From positions 288,001 through 352,000 of the forward strand of contig CAWDNU010000001.1 of NCBI GenBank assembly GCA_963803705.1: 64,000 nucleotides of DNA, read 5' to 3'. The position numbers and the translations under genes were made by a program. The stretch is from an uncultured Pseudobdellovibrionaceae bacterium (GTDB taxonomy: Bacteria; Bdellovibrionota; Bdellovibrionia; Bdellovibrionales; UBA1609). The notes beneath the pieces are model-generated. The model was not told the DNA's origin, did not search any database, and saw only the letters and a program-made list of their open reading frames with translations. The number at the start of each line of letters is the position of its first letter. Position 1 is the stretch's first letter. Shown piece by piece: positions 29,958 to 41,079 of the stretch.

Positions 29958-30604
29958 TATTCCTCGAAGTAAGCGAAGTTAAAATTTCTATATTTCGTTT
30001 CTTTATCTTTTCTGTAGCTCCAGTATAAGTTATTGCTAAACGTATTGATATCAGCTTCATAAATTTTATAAATTTTAAAATTTTCTGATATGAATTTTTT
30101 TGTAAAATTTTGTAGCGAAAAGTAGTATGATTGTTCCTTGGTGTATAAGCAGTCCAACCCGATTTCTTTAAACTGCAGGTAAAGGTTTCGACCTATCTCG
30201 TAAGTTTGGATATGTGGACCGATGAAGAATGAAAATGAGTTATGGGGATTTGTAATTTTTAAAAATTTTAATAAAATCCCATCCACCAGTCCTACTCGAC
30301 CACAATGTAAATTAGTGATTACTCTGTCGGTGTGGTCTAACACGATAAGAGGCAAGCAATCGGCTGTCTTTATAATCACAGCCTTGTTGGGCTTGATCCA
30401 CTGGTAGCCATCCGAGGCTTCTGAAATTTTTGGTTCAATATCTATATTGGTTGTGTGCTGTTGATTTAAAAACTGAAGTTCAAGATGTGAATGCTTTCCA
30501 ACTAATTCATTGCTATCAAATTTTTTATTTCCGAAATACACGTGCATGTTTTTGCAGTAGAAATGAATTCCAAAATCTGTAGTTACTTTGCTAAACTGGT
30601 ACAC
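29957..30604 (-). CDS. pgeF: PgeF/YfiH family protein
   Basis: QQHT, KTADCLP, HCGRVG, IGPHI, WSYR; downstream of rluD. Confidence 0.82.
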   Translation of the reverse strand: MYQFSKVTTDFGIHFYCKNMHVYFGNKKFDSNELVGKHSHLELQFLNQQHTTNIDIEPKISEASDGYQWIKPNKAVIIKTADCLPLIVLDHTDRVITNLHCGRVGLVDGILLKFLKITNPHNSFSFFIGPHIQTYEIGRNLYLQFKEIGLDCLYTKEQSYYFSLQNFTKKFISENFKIYKIYEADINTFSNNLYWSYRKDKETKYRNFNFAYFEE

Positions 30605-31544
30605 TTAAATAATCTATCAAATCATTGAAGCAGTTGGGTAGTTCTACTTTGAAACTCATGACCTTGTCAGTTACTGGGTGCCTAAATGAGAGCTCTCGAG
30701 CGTACAAAAGCATATTTGAATTCTTTTTTATAATAGACTTAAGTCCTGAGTCTGTAATAGAGTTTAGTCTTCGCGCTGATCCATAGATAGCATCGTTTAC
30801 AATTGGGCAGCCAAGTTCCGATAAGTGCACCCTAATTTGGTGAGTTCTGCCGGTATCTAGTTTCAACTCAATAACACTGATCTGACTCGCGACAAGAACT
30901 TTGAAGTGTGTTCTAGCGACTTTACCAGTTTTTGGATTATTGGTTGAAGCAAATTTTTTCCTATTTTTAGGATCACGACTAAGATAAGTTTGAATTAATC
31001 CACCATGTAGTTTCGGCTTTCCAAAGCAGATTGCATTGTAAACTCGACCGGCAGATTTTTCTTTAAACTGTTCAGCAAGTTTAGTCATTGCTGTCTGAGT
31101 TTTTGCTGCAACTATTAATCCCCCAGTATCTTTGTCCAATCTGTGAACGATTCCAGGTCGATGCTCGTGAAATCCCATGCTTAGCTTTTCACAGTGATAC
31201 AACAAGGCGTTAACTAAGGTGCCGCTACTATGACCGTGACTAGGATGAACCACCATCCCAAAATCTTTATCAATTACGATCAAGTCATCATCTTCGAATA
31301 TAATTTTTAAGCTGATTTCTTCGGCTTTAAGTTCAAAATTTTTAATCTCAGGTATTCTAATTTCAATTTTGTCGTCAAAATTTAATTTATAGGATGGCTT
31401 TTTATTCTCTTTATTAACAGTACATAGTCCTCTTTCTATTAGCTTTATAACTTGGGCTCTGGAAGATTTTAAATTGGAAGTCAGGTAGTTGTCTAACCTG
31501 ACTTTTTGTTTTGACCCATATGAATACTTTATGAGTCTTTCCAA
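30591..31544 (-). CDS. rluD: RluA/RluD pseudouridine synthase
   Basis: S4 domain RLDNYL, GMVVHP..GH.SGTLVNAL, GIVHRLDKDTGG, TGRTHQIRVH; start uncertain. Confidence 0.92.
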   Translation of the reverse strand: MERLIKYSYGSKQKVRLDNYLTSNLKSSRAQVIKLIERGLCTVNKENKKPSYKLNFDDKIEIRIPEIKNFELKAEEISLKIIFEDDDLIVIDKDFGMVVHPSHGHSSGTLVNALLYHCEKLSMGFHEHRPGIVHRLDKDTGGLIVAAKTQTAMTKLAEQFKEKSAGRVYNAICFGKPKLHGGLIQTYLSRDPKNRKKFASTNNPKTGKVARTHFKVLVASQISVIELKLDTGRTHQIRVHLSELGCPIVNDAIYGSARRLNSITDSGLKSIIKKNSNMLLYARELSFRHPVTDKVMSFKVELPNCFNDLIDYLSVPV

Positions 31545-31548
31545 AACT

Positions 31549-32190
31549 TTAGTTTTGATCAAACAGTTTGAGGTAAGTGTTCGAAACAAGCTTAGAGTCC
31601 AAATTCATTAACTTAGCAATTTGGACAATAAAGCCACGAACAAAAACTTTTGCGGGAAGAGACTCAAAATCATGGGATTCTATAGCAAGAATATAAGACT
31701 TACTTATTTTAGATCTCTCGCTTAGCTGCTCCAGATTAATATTTTTGTAGTGTCTTATTTTCTGCAGTAGGTCCCCGTCGAAAGTTTCTGTAGATTTTAT
31801 TTTTTCTTCAAAGTTGGTATCAATATTATAAGTACCGAATTGAGTTTTGCCTAGCTCTTGATTTCAGTCTGTGGCGAATTTTGACTTTTCGGTACTATAC
31901 TTCTATCTTCAATAATTTTGTTGATGTTTTCTTTAATACTGAATTCCTTTTTTATAGATTTATCGTACTCTGCACGTCTTATTGGATTACTTAAAACTGA
32001 AAAAGCGTCGTCTATTAGTCTGATTCAGTTGTTGGGCCTCTGAGGCCGTAAAGATTGTATACAGAGCGGGACTAGATGGGCTGTAGGCCTCTTTGGTCTT
32101 TTCGTAGGCTTTTTGTATTTCGTTGGTTCCAGCATCAAGTGGAACTTCCAAAATATCGTAAAATGTTTTTCCGTTGAAGACTTCTTTCAT
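31549..32190 (-). CDS. DnaJ-domain plus XRE/RodZ-like HTH protein, frameshifted
   Basis: N-terminal TFYDILEV...EIQKAY; manually translated C-terminus GDLLQKIRHYKNINLEQLSERSKISKSYILAIE...LPAKVFVRGFI ending at stop 31549. Confidence 0.7.
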
Positions 32191-32197
32191 ACTATGA

Positions 32198-33173
32198 CTA
32201 TATTGCAAAACTAGTAAGGTTACGTAAAGTCTTTTCACTAGATAATTTATCGAACACGCGAGATAATTCCGTTGTTGTATTTGATTTGGTTTGTTCAATT
32301 TGAAAAGGCTTCATCGATCGTAAGGATTGCCAGACAACGCTGTCATAGTTTACGTAACCTAGAGCCTCGCATTTCATATTGAAGTATTGAGTGCAAATTT
32401 TCTCTATTGAATTGCCCAAAACCTGATCTTGGTGTGATCTGGCCTGATTAATTAGAATACGCGGCACAATAGACTGAATTCTCTTTTCAAGAATTGAGCC
32501 TAATTCAGGCTCTTTTTCCACTAAAAAGGCAATGAGTTGAGCTGGAGTTTTAATGTTGAATCTTTCTTTATGGTTTAAAAGCTTAGTTATCTCGTCTAGG
32601 CATTTTAATTCTTTACTCGTTTCCATAACCGTTTTGTGAAATGCTTTTTTTAAAAACTGATAGGAATTTTCTATGCTTGTTGGCTCGGGTGTCGTAACGA
32701 TCACTTGCTTGTTGCAGTTTAAAAAGAAATTTATTGTCTCATTATGAGTTCCAGCTGCTAAATCAAAAATAACACAGTCAAATTCGCAGCTTTGAATAGC
32801 ACGAATCATCGTATCTGTTTTTTCATTTGAAATTCTTAAATCTGAACTCCAATCGTCCAGTCCTTTTATAAAAAATAGGTTAGAGTTATTTGTACCTGAA
32901 ATAACATCTTCGATCCTAGAGACTTTAGAGTTTAAGTAGTCTTTAAGATTTGGACCAGTGGGTTGAATTCCTAAGTAAGTATGGACATTTGCTCCACCTA
33001 AATCTAGATCTACTATAAGAGTCTTTTTATTTTTTTTGGCCAAGTGAATACCGAAAGTTCGTACTCAGAAAAGTCTTTCCAATTCCACCTTTCCCGCCAC
33101 CAAAGGCGTAAAAAACAGTGTCAGAATTGTCCAAGTCGCCTCTAGATTTCTGGAAAGGTAGTAATATACTCAT
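32198..33173 (-). CDS. MinD/FlhG-family ATPase, frameshift near 33056
   Basis: GGKGGIGKT deviant Walker A in ORF 33027-33263; VDLDLGGANVHT, DLAAG, TTPEPTSIENSY in ORF 32198-33043. Confidence 0.85.
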
Positions 33174-33174
33174 A

Positions 33175-33904
33175 ATCTTCCTCTGTTGATGCTTTTTAAG
33201 TAGTCCTCGATTCAAGTTCTCTTCGGCTTCAGAGTTCTTAATGTAAAGTGGTTCCGCACTCAATGGATCAACTTTTTTAAATTTAAGACGATGGTCACGT
33301 TCAAAGAAAAGTTTGGCATGTACAGCAGATGGATTTGAAGGCAGCAGGTGAGTTTTTTCATACTTAGTCTGAATGTCTCGGGAAACTGCTGCTCATAGAC
33401 TATGTAGCCATCTCCGTGAGCCACTAATTTTATCGTAATCTTCAAATTTATCTGAAACTTCCATGGGGTAAATAGACAATCAGATATTTGTTCCTTTATT
33501 TTTTCTGATCATAAATCATACTCGCAAAGGTAGACTTGATTTTTGAATCCATTTATCAGAACAACATGTTTACAAGGGTCTAATAAGTAATTTTGCTAAT
33601 TTCCAAGGTAGCCACGAAAGCTAGGTGATAGGTAAAGTTCAATTTGATTCACGAAGCAGATCAATTTAGAAAAGTTCAGCCCCACCCTAAGTCCTGTAAA
33701 ACTTCCCGGCCCGGAAGTACATAGAACTCGATTTATCATCTTAGTTTTTATCTTCAAATTGGTTAAAATTTTTTCAAATTCAAATGTTAGCGTTTCACTG
33801 TGGGACTTTTCTGATCCCCAGTAAGATTCAGCAACTAAAATTTGATCTTCATCGTATAAAGAAAATCCACCATTCACCGAACTAGTATCGATACTAAGCA
33901 ACAT
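33175..33904 (-). CDS. tsaB: tRNA threonylcarbamoyladenosine protein TsaB, several frameshifts, 3' end uncertain
   Basis: MLLSIDTS...HSETL...GPGSFTGLRVG; C-terminal EPLYIKNSEAEE near 33200-33260. Confidence 0.8.
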
Positions 33905-33905
33905 T

Positions 33906-35537
33906 TTACCAACCCGATAGGAAAACCCTTTGCACGTCATTAAACAAAGTTAAACCTACTAAGGATAGTAATAGAACTAAACCAAACATAAATGCAATTT
34001 CCATTTTTTTAGGGCTAACTGGTTGCCCTCTGATAGCTTCAATTGAATAGAAAACTAGGTGTCCGCCATCTAACACTGGAATAGGAAGTAGATTTAATAA
34101 AAACAAGTTTATCGAGATAATTCCCATCATTTGGAAAAAATAGGACCATCCAACGCTTAGGCTTTGTTTAGCAACTTGCCCGATTGTTATAAAGCCGCCT
34201 AAATTTTTATGTGATACTTCACCTTGGACTACTCGTTTAATGCTATTAACAGTCCAAACAGTCCATTTCCAGGTTTGCTGTACCGAATACGTTAAGGCGC
34301 CAAAAAAACCACCAGCAGAAACGTAGACTTGGTCGGGGACCTGAAAATAGAACCCTGGTTCTATACCAACTATTGGTCTTTCAATCTCTTGACCCCTTTC
34401 ATTCATCATAGCCTTCATTTGAGGCGCTACTTTAATCTCCATTGGTTCAAAGTCGCGAAGAATTTTAAAACTTAAAAGTTGTCCTTTGGCTCCCTGAGCT
34501 TTAACGGCTTCTATAAGATCCTGCCACTGTGTAATGTTAGTAGAGCCAATAGCCAATATTTTATCGCCACGTTGCAAACCTGCTTTCTTGGCTGGTGAAT
34601 TGGGTTGAACTCTTCCGATATACCTATCTGTTGACTCAAAGGTCAGGTTTTCTGCAAATGAGCTGAATGTCATTAACTTTTCTTTTTCTGAATCCGTAAA
34701 TCTACTAACTGTGATAGTGACTTCAGATTTGGGCTGTAAAGCGGTAAGAGCCTTTTTTAAATCACGTTGATTTTTAATCTGAGTGGTGTTGATTTTTTTG
34801 ATTTCATCTAAATTTCTTAATCCAGCGCTATAAAAACCTGATTCCTTACTTTCAAATGCAACTGTAGGATCTGTTGAAAGCATTGACCAACCCTCAATTT
34901 GGGGAATCTGTCGACGCGAACTTAGTATATTAGGATTAGATTTTACCTCTGTGGGGATCGAAAGTTCGACCTTACTATCAGATCTTTGAACTAAAATAAG
35001 CGCCTTATCAGAAGAGTCGGCAATTTTGGTTAAAGTTTCGTCAAAAGACTGCACATCTTCATTATTCACTTTTAGAATAATATCACCGGATCTTAGACCG
35101 CTTTGGTAAGCTGTAGATGACTTGTTTACATCTCCTATTACTGGTGCTGTTTGGGGTTCTCCATATAGACCAATAGCAAAGAAAACAAATAGGGCTAAGA
35201 CTAAGTTCATCAGTGGGCCTGCAAGGACCACCGCTATTCTTTGTGAGACAGGTTTATGGATAAAAGAGTGTTTTTGTTCTTCAGGAGCTATCTGTGCTGT
35301 TGGATTATCACCGAACATTTTAACGAATCCACCTAGCGGAATGATTGATAGCCTGTACTCAGTGTCACCTCTTTTAAACTTAAAGATTGTTTTACCGAGG
35401 CCAATTGAAAACACTTCAACTCGAACTCCAAAAAATCTGGCCACTGAAAAATGACCCAGCTCGTGGATGAAAATAACTAAACCAAGAAGTAAAAAAAATG
35501 GACCGACGCTTTGAAGTAATTCGTATATATATGTCAT
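33906..35537 (-). CDS. rseP: Intramembrane metalloprotease RseP with several PDZ domains
   Basis: HELGH, PLGGFVKM, AGPLMN, NLLPIPVLDGG. Confidence 0.96.
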   Translation of the reverse strand: MTYIYELLQSVGPFFLLLGLVIFIHELGHFSVARFFGVRVEVFSIGLGKTIFKFKRGDTEYRLSIIPLGGFVKMFGDNPTAQIAPEEQKHSFIHKPVSQRIAVVLAGPLMNLVLALFVFFAIGLYGEPQTAPVIGDVNKSSTAYQSGLRSGDIILKVNNEDVQSFDETLTKIADSSDKALILVQRSDSKVELSIPTEVKSNPNILSSRRQIPQIEGWSMLSTDPTVAFESKESGFYSAGLRNLDEIKKINTTQIKNQRDLKKALTALQPKSEVTITVSRFTDSEKEKLMTFSSFAENLTFESTDRYIGRVQPNSPAKKAGLQRGDKILAIGSTNITQWQDLIEAVKAQGAKGQLLSFKILRDFEPMEIKVAPQMKAMMNERGQEIERPIVGIEPGFYFQVPDQVYVSAGGFFGALTYSVQQTWKWTVWTVNSIKRVVQGEVSHKNLGGFITIGQVAKQSLSVGWSYFFQMMGIISINLFLLNLLPIPVLDGGHLVFYSIEAIRGQPVSPKKMEIAFMFGLVLLLSLVGLTLFNDVQRVFLSGW

Positions 35538-35585
35538 ATCGAAATATTATCACAAGCCGGCCGGTCGAGCTAGATAGCCTTTGGG

Positions 35586-36425
35586 CTAAAGAATATGAAA
35601 ATAGTGGGCAGCTATTAAATAAACGGGCGAACTTAACAAAAGGCTGTCCAATCTGTCAAAAAAACCACCGTGTCCGACAAAAAGTTGGCCAGAGTCTTTT
35701 TTCTTCGATTTTCTTTTTATCAATGATGCTATCAAGTCGCCGCTAATTGCTGCGAAAGCAGTTAAGTAGATCAGTCCTGTGCTTAGCAAAGTGAATTTGA
35801 ATATTTGAAGTTGGCTGGCTAGACCAATTAGGAGCAGAGGCCACAATAGCGAGCCTAAAAGACCCTCTACTGTTTTTGATGGACTAATAATTGGCTGAAA
35901 AGACACTTTAAAAATGGAACGACCTAAAATTTTTCCAAAAATATAGGCAAAAGTATCTACTCCACAAACGAGCAAGCAAAAAAAGAAAAAATATAAAAAA
36001 TTCTGATCTAAATTAAAAATCTCATATATTTTAACAGGTAAAATATAACCGTAAAGAACGATCAGCAGATAAACTGTTAGTTTATTAAATGTTACATCGA
36101 TTTCAGATTTTCTGTAAACCCAAGGTATTAGTATCAGTGCAAAATATATCGGTAAAAGGTTAAAAAAAGTCTGAATATTGTAAATGGTTAAGAACAAACA
36201 AAAAGCTGTAATTAGCGGAATTAAAAATTTAAAAAATAAGTTTTTATTAAAAAATAAATTTGATAATTCGTAAGAAATTAGTGTGCTAATAACTAAAATT
36301 AGAAAATACGCGCCGTTATGTCTGAAGACAAAAAGTGTCGTCAATAAAATAACAAGGGCTAATGTAGCACTGATTAAACGAATGAAAAAATTATTAGACC
36401 TGAGTCTGTTTTTTTCTGATATCAT
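35586..36425 (-). CDS. cdsA: Phosphatidate cytidylyltransferase
   Basis: DTFAYIFG, ISPSKTVEG, GDLIASLIKR...KDSG...GHGGFFDRLDS. Confidence 0.93.
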   Translation of the reverse strand: MISEKNRLRSNNFFIRLISATLALVILLTTLFVFRHNGAYFLILVISTLISYELSNLFFNKNLFFKFLIPLITAFCLFLTIYNIQTFFNLLPIYFALILIPWVYRKSEIDVTFNKLTVYLLIVLYGYILPVKIYEIFNLDQNFLYFFFFCLLVCGVDTFAYIFGKILGRSIFKVSFQPIISPSKTVEGLLGSLLWPLLLIGLASQLQIFKFTLLSTGLIYLTAFAAISGDLIASLIKRKSKKKDSGQLFVGHGGFFDRLDSLLLSSPVYLIAAHYFHIL

Positions 36426-37186
36426 GAATGTTTGTAACGCCCTGTAAATTTTCGGTACTATCTGCTAAATTCTTGTCGACGACACAACCAAATTTGCGAT
36501 GGCGATCGTAATAATTTTTCAATGCACTTGCAAAATCATTTGCGTTAAAATCAGGCCACAGTTGATCGGTAAAAAAAAGCTCGCTGTAAGCGGACTGCCA
36601 AAGTAGAAAGTTAGAAATTCTTTGCTCCCCACTTGTGCGAATTATCAGGTCTGGGTCTGGCCATCTTGAAGTCTCAAGGTACTTACTGAAATCTTCATTC
36701 GTAAAATTAAATTTAGAAACCCTATTTTGCTCGATGTCTGTTGCCAGTTTTAAAGCAGCATTTTTGATTTCATCTCTACCGCCGTAATTCAGAGCAAAAA
36801 TAACAGTAAGTGCATTGTTAGATTTTGTTTTTACTTTAATTTCTCTAAGTCGAATCTGAAGAGTCAAAGGCAATTTAGATAAGATCCCCTATGGTCTCTA
36901 GGCAGATATTTTCAGAAATAAATTTTTCTGCTTTCGTAATAATATGGTTTTCTAAAAGCTCCATTAGAAAGTTGACTTCATCGGTGGGCCTGCCCCAATT
37001 TTCAGTGCTAAATGCAAAAAGAGTTAGATAAGAAATTTTTTATTTCAAACACTGTTCAATTACTAATTCAGCAGATTCAGAACCTTTTACGTGACCCTCA
37101 AAGCGAGATAGACCTTTTTGCTCAGCCCACCTGCCGTTTCCATCCATAATTATAGCCAGGTGCTTTAAAGGTAATACCGAGGTCAT
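36394..37186 (-). CDS. uppS: Undecaprenyl diphosphate synthase, interrupted by an in-frame TAA (about 37041) and a frameshift (about 36880)
   Basis: Manual translation [13 protein letters not shown]...[12 protein letters not shown] track [28 protein letters not shown]. Confidence 0.9.
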
Positions 37187-37199
37187 AGAAGCCTTGTGC

Positions 37200-37759
37200 T
37201 TAAACTTTTAAAATATCACTTTCTTTTTGCGCTGAAATCTCGTCTACTTTTTTGATAAATAAGTCAGTGACTTTTTGAATTTCGTCGGAGGATTTTTTTT
37301 GGTCGTCTTCACCGATTTCTTTGTCTTTTAGAGCTTTTTTCAAAGTGTCGTTAGCATCTTTTCTAGATTTACGAACAGCAATTCGTGCGTCTTCAGCGAT
37401 TTTCTTCACATTTTTGGCTAGATCCTTTCTTCGCTCTTCGGTTAACTCAGGGACTTTAAGACGTATCAACCTTTCCATCATTTTGTGGCGTCATCCCCAA
37501 ATTTGCTTTAATTATTGCAGTTTCAATCTCTTTCAAGATGGAAACTTCCCAAGGCGAAATTATAAAAGATTTTGCATCTGGTGTTGATACGCTGGCTACC
37601 TGATTTAAGAGCACTAGGATTTCCATAGTAGTTCACCATAATATTATCAAGCATGCTCACGTTGGCGCGACCAGTTCGTATCTTTTTAAGCTCCTCGATA
37701 AAGGACTCTACAGATCTTTGCATTGACTTTTCAGTGTCTTTTTTTAGGCCATCTATCAT
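37200..37759 (-). CDS. frr: Ribosome recycling factor, two +1 frameshifts
   Basis: [17 protein letters not shown]...EDARIAVR; middle part readable in the third frame. Confidence 0.92.
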
Positions 37760-37811
37760 GAGTTTCTCCAGAGTAAAATTGCGGAATTAATTAACTTGAA
37801 TATAATATGAC

Positions 37812-38530
<719 letters not shown>

Positions 38531-38543
38531 AGTTGGGTTGTCC

Positions 38544-39196
38544 TTATGAGTTTAATGTGGAAGCGGCAGCGACCTCTTCAGCGAAGTTATTCGCTTTCTT
38601 TTCTAGACCTTCACCTAATTCGAATCGAACAAATCTACGAATAACAATATTTTCCCCGATCTTAGCTATTGTGTTATTAAGATATTCACTAACTCTAAGG
38701 TCAGGATTCTTTACGTATTGCTGGTCCATTAAACAGATTTCAGCAGCCCATTTCTTTATTTGGCCATCAATAATTTTATCTAAGAATTCTGGTTTTTTAC
38801 CTTCTTCGATAGCTTTACCTTTAAAATAGACTTCTCTTTGTCAGCAAAATCGGCAGGGATTTCGGCTTGGCTTACGAACTTAGGATTAGTAGCAGCAATA
38901 TGCATACATAAATCATTTACGAAATTTTTAAACTCGTCAGTTCTAGCGACAAAATCAGTTTCAGCATTAACTTCAATTAGGACTCCGATCCGGCCTTCAC
39001 CATGTATGTAAGACTGCACCAAACCTTCAGTTGCCGCGCGATCAGATTTTTTTGCAGCTTTTGAAAGACCTTTTTTTCTTAACCATTCGACAGCTTCTTC
39101 TTGATTTCCAGAGCTTTCCTGTAATGCTTTTTTGCAATCAAGCATCCCTGCGCCAGTCATTTCTCTTAAATTTTTGATTTCTGATGCACTTACCAT
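38544..39196 (-). CDS. tsf: Elongation factor Ts (short form), one frameshift near 38820
   Basis: [42 protein letters not shown]. Confidence 0.95.
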
Positions 39197-39242
39197 ATTT
39201 TCCTCTCTTCAAATTTGAATGTATTTTTATAACTGCTTAGTT

Positions 39243-39270
39243 CGCCTAAAATTTTTAAATATTTTAGGCG
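39243..39270 (-). terminator. Hairpin between rpsB and tsf
   Basis: CGCCTAAAAT...ATTTTAGGCG. Confidence 0.5.
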
Positions 39271-39282
39271 TTAACCTATAAA

Positions 39283-40236
39283 TTAAGACTCAGGAGTTTC
39301 TGATTCTTCTTCCTCGGCAGGTTTATCAAATTCAGTTGTTTCACCACGTTCGACTTCTTCGGCAATTTCAACTTCATCAGCAGTACCCGCAGCAACAAGT
39401 TTTCGTTTATTAACAACAACTACAGCTGGTCCACCAGATGTAGATGACTTGGCTTGAGTTTGCTCTTTTACTTTAGGTTTTACCTCGACGGATTCAACAT
39501 CTTCTTTGGATTTCATTTCACGAACTTTTTCTTCCCATCTTTCTGCGCCAGCCATAAATGAAGCGCTTATCATGTCGCAAAAAAGTTTAATAGAGCGGAT
39601 GGCATCGTCATTTCCTGGAATTGGAAAATCAATGACTTCAGGGTCGGTGTTTGTATCCGCTATAGCAACCACTGGGATACCTAAGGTCTTGGCCTCGGCA
39701 ACAGCAATATGTTCCTTGTTAATATCGATGACGAACATGCAAACAGGCGCTTCTTTCATGTCGCGAATACCTTCTAGGTAATCCACTAGGCGCGTGTACT
39801 CTTTATCTATTTTTGATTGTTCTTTTTTAGAAAAGAAAGTGATTTCACCGCTTTCCTTCTGCTTTTCTATTTTTCTCATTCTATCGATACTATTTTTAAT
39901 CGTAGAAAAATTAGTAAGCATTCCACCAAGCCAACGCTTAGTGACGTAGAACTGGCCAGCACGGGTTGCCGCTTCTTTGATCGGCTCCATCGCCTGTTTT
40001 TTAGTTCCTACAAAAATCATTTTACCGCCTTGGGCAGCAATGGATTCGACAGCTTTTGCTGCTTTTTTTGCCATTTCTAAAGATTTTTGAAGGTCAATTA
40101 TGTGTATACCGCCCCTGGCAGTAAATACATAAGGCTTCATTTTTGGGTTCCATCTTTGAGTCTGATGACCAAAGTGGACGCCTGCATCTAGCATATTCTT
40201 TAAATTTACACTTGGTGTAGTAGCTTGAGTTTCCAT
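39283..40236 (-). CDS. rpsB: 30S ribosomal protein uS2 with acidic C-terminal extension
   Basis: AGVHFGHQT.RWNPKM, RWLGGMLTN, DTNTDP...IPGNDDAIRS. Confidence 0.98.
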   Translation of the reverse strand: METQATTPSVNLKNMLDAGVHFGHQTQRWNPKMKPYVFTARGGIHIIDLQKSLEMAKKAAKAVESIAAQGGKMIFVGTKKQAMEPIKEAATRAGQFYVTKRWLGGMLTNFSTIKNSIDRMRKIEKQKESGEITFFSKKEQSKIDKEYTRLVDYLEGIRDMKEAPVCMFVIDINKEHIAVAEAKTLGIPVVAIADTNTDPEVIDFPIPGNDDAIRSIKLFCDMISASFMAGAERWEEKVREMKSKEDVESVEVKPKVKEQTQAKSSTSGGPAVVVVNKRKLVAAGTADEVEIAEEVERGETTEFDKPAEEEESETPES

Positions 40237-40352
40237 TTTTTCCTCCTGGTTGGTCCTCCCTTTAGAAAATGCATAAATTCAAAAAAATTGAATCAAAACG
40301 ATAGGTTAAGTTCAAAATTATTTAAATTTCACCAGGTTTCTAAAGGTGCGTA
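40237..40352 (-). promoter_or_regulatory. rpsB (S2) leader RNA, putative autoregulatory structure
   Basis: Minus strand stem CCTTTAGAAA...TTTCTAAAGG; CCTGGT just inside the stem complements ACCAGG overlapping the SD. Confidence 0.65.
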
Positions 40353-40470
40353 TTTAATTTAGAGCTCATAAGTACCAAAGAGTTAAGTCTTAGGCAATAG
40401 ATCTGTCTAAAATTAAGAAAGTGGTGTAAGAGGATGTGACTCAAACCATTTCAAGTTTTAATCTTTTCCA

Positions 40471-40817
40471 ATGAGTTTGGTACTTCGACAATTACATGTA
40501 AATGATGAACAAGCATTCCTTAATGGCTTAAAGCATTGGACTGAAGATTCATTACATTGGTACAGCTTCATCTGGAAATCTGGAAATCTGGAATGTATTT
40601 TAAAGAAATGATTAGTTTGCTAAAAAATGAGGCAAAAGGAGTCGGCTTAGTTCCTGGAAGAGTTCGGCATACATTGCTTTATGGTTTTTTAAATAACGAA
40701 ATAGTAGGTCGAGTGAGCATTAGGCATGAATTGAATGAAAATTTACGAAAGCGTGGCGGACATATTGGTTACGCCGTAGCTAAAACTAAGCCTGAGTACA
40801 CAAATTCTGAAATATAG
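40471..40817 (+). pseudogene. GNAT acetyltransferase remnant (frameshifted and 3'-truncated)
   Basis: ATG 40471; extra ATCTGGAA unit shifts the frame; IVGRVSIRHELN...GGHIGYAV then loses the expected acetyl-CoA motif. Confidence 0.75.
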
Positions 40818-41079
40818 AAATCTTTTAATTGTTTTATCTTTATTTTAACTTTATTTTATCTTAGATTTTATATCTGAATGTTTAAAGCGAGTTCTTTGGC
40901 ATGAAGCTTTGCCACTTATATCAATAAATAGCGTAAACGCTGTAATTACATAGATAAAAATGAGTTTTAAGTAATTTGCAAAGCGAATGCCAATGCTTGT
41001 CTGAGCCTTTAAACATTCAGATATAAAATCTAAGATAAAATAAAGTTAAAACAATTAAAAGATTTCTATATTTCAGAAT
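40804..41079. repeat. 276-bp palindromic element with about 73-bp inverted arms
   Basis: 40804-40887 matches the reverse complement of 41007-41079 apart from an 11-nt insertion; further imperfect pairing inside. Confidence 0.92.

Noticed and set aside
37030..37050. Stop-codon reassignment suggested by the in-frame TAA in uppS
   Set aside because: TAA terminates many genes in this window; AAATAAAAAA is easily a miscalled AATAAAAAAA
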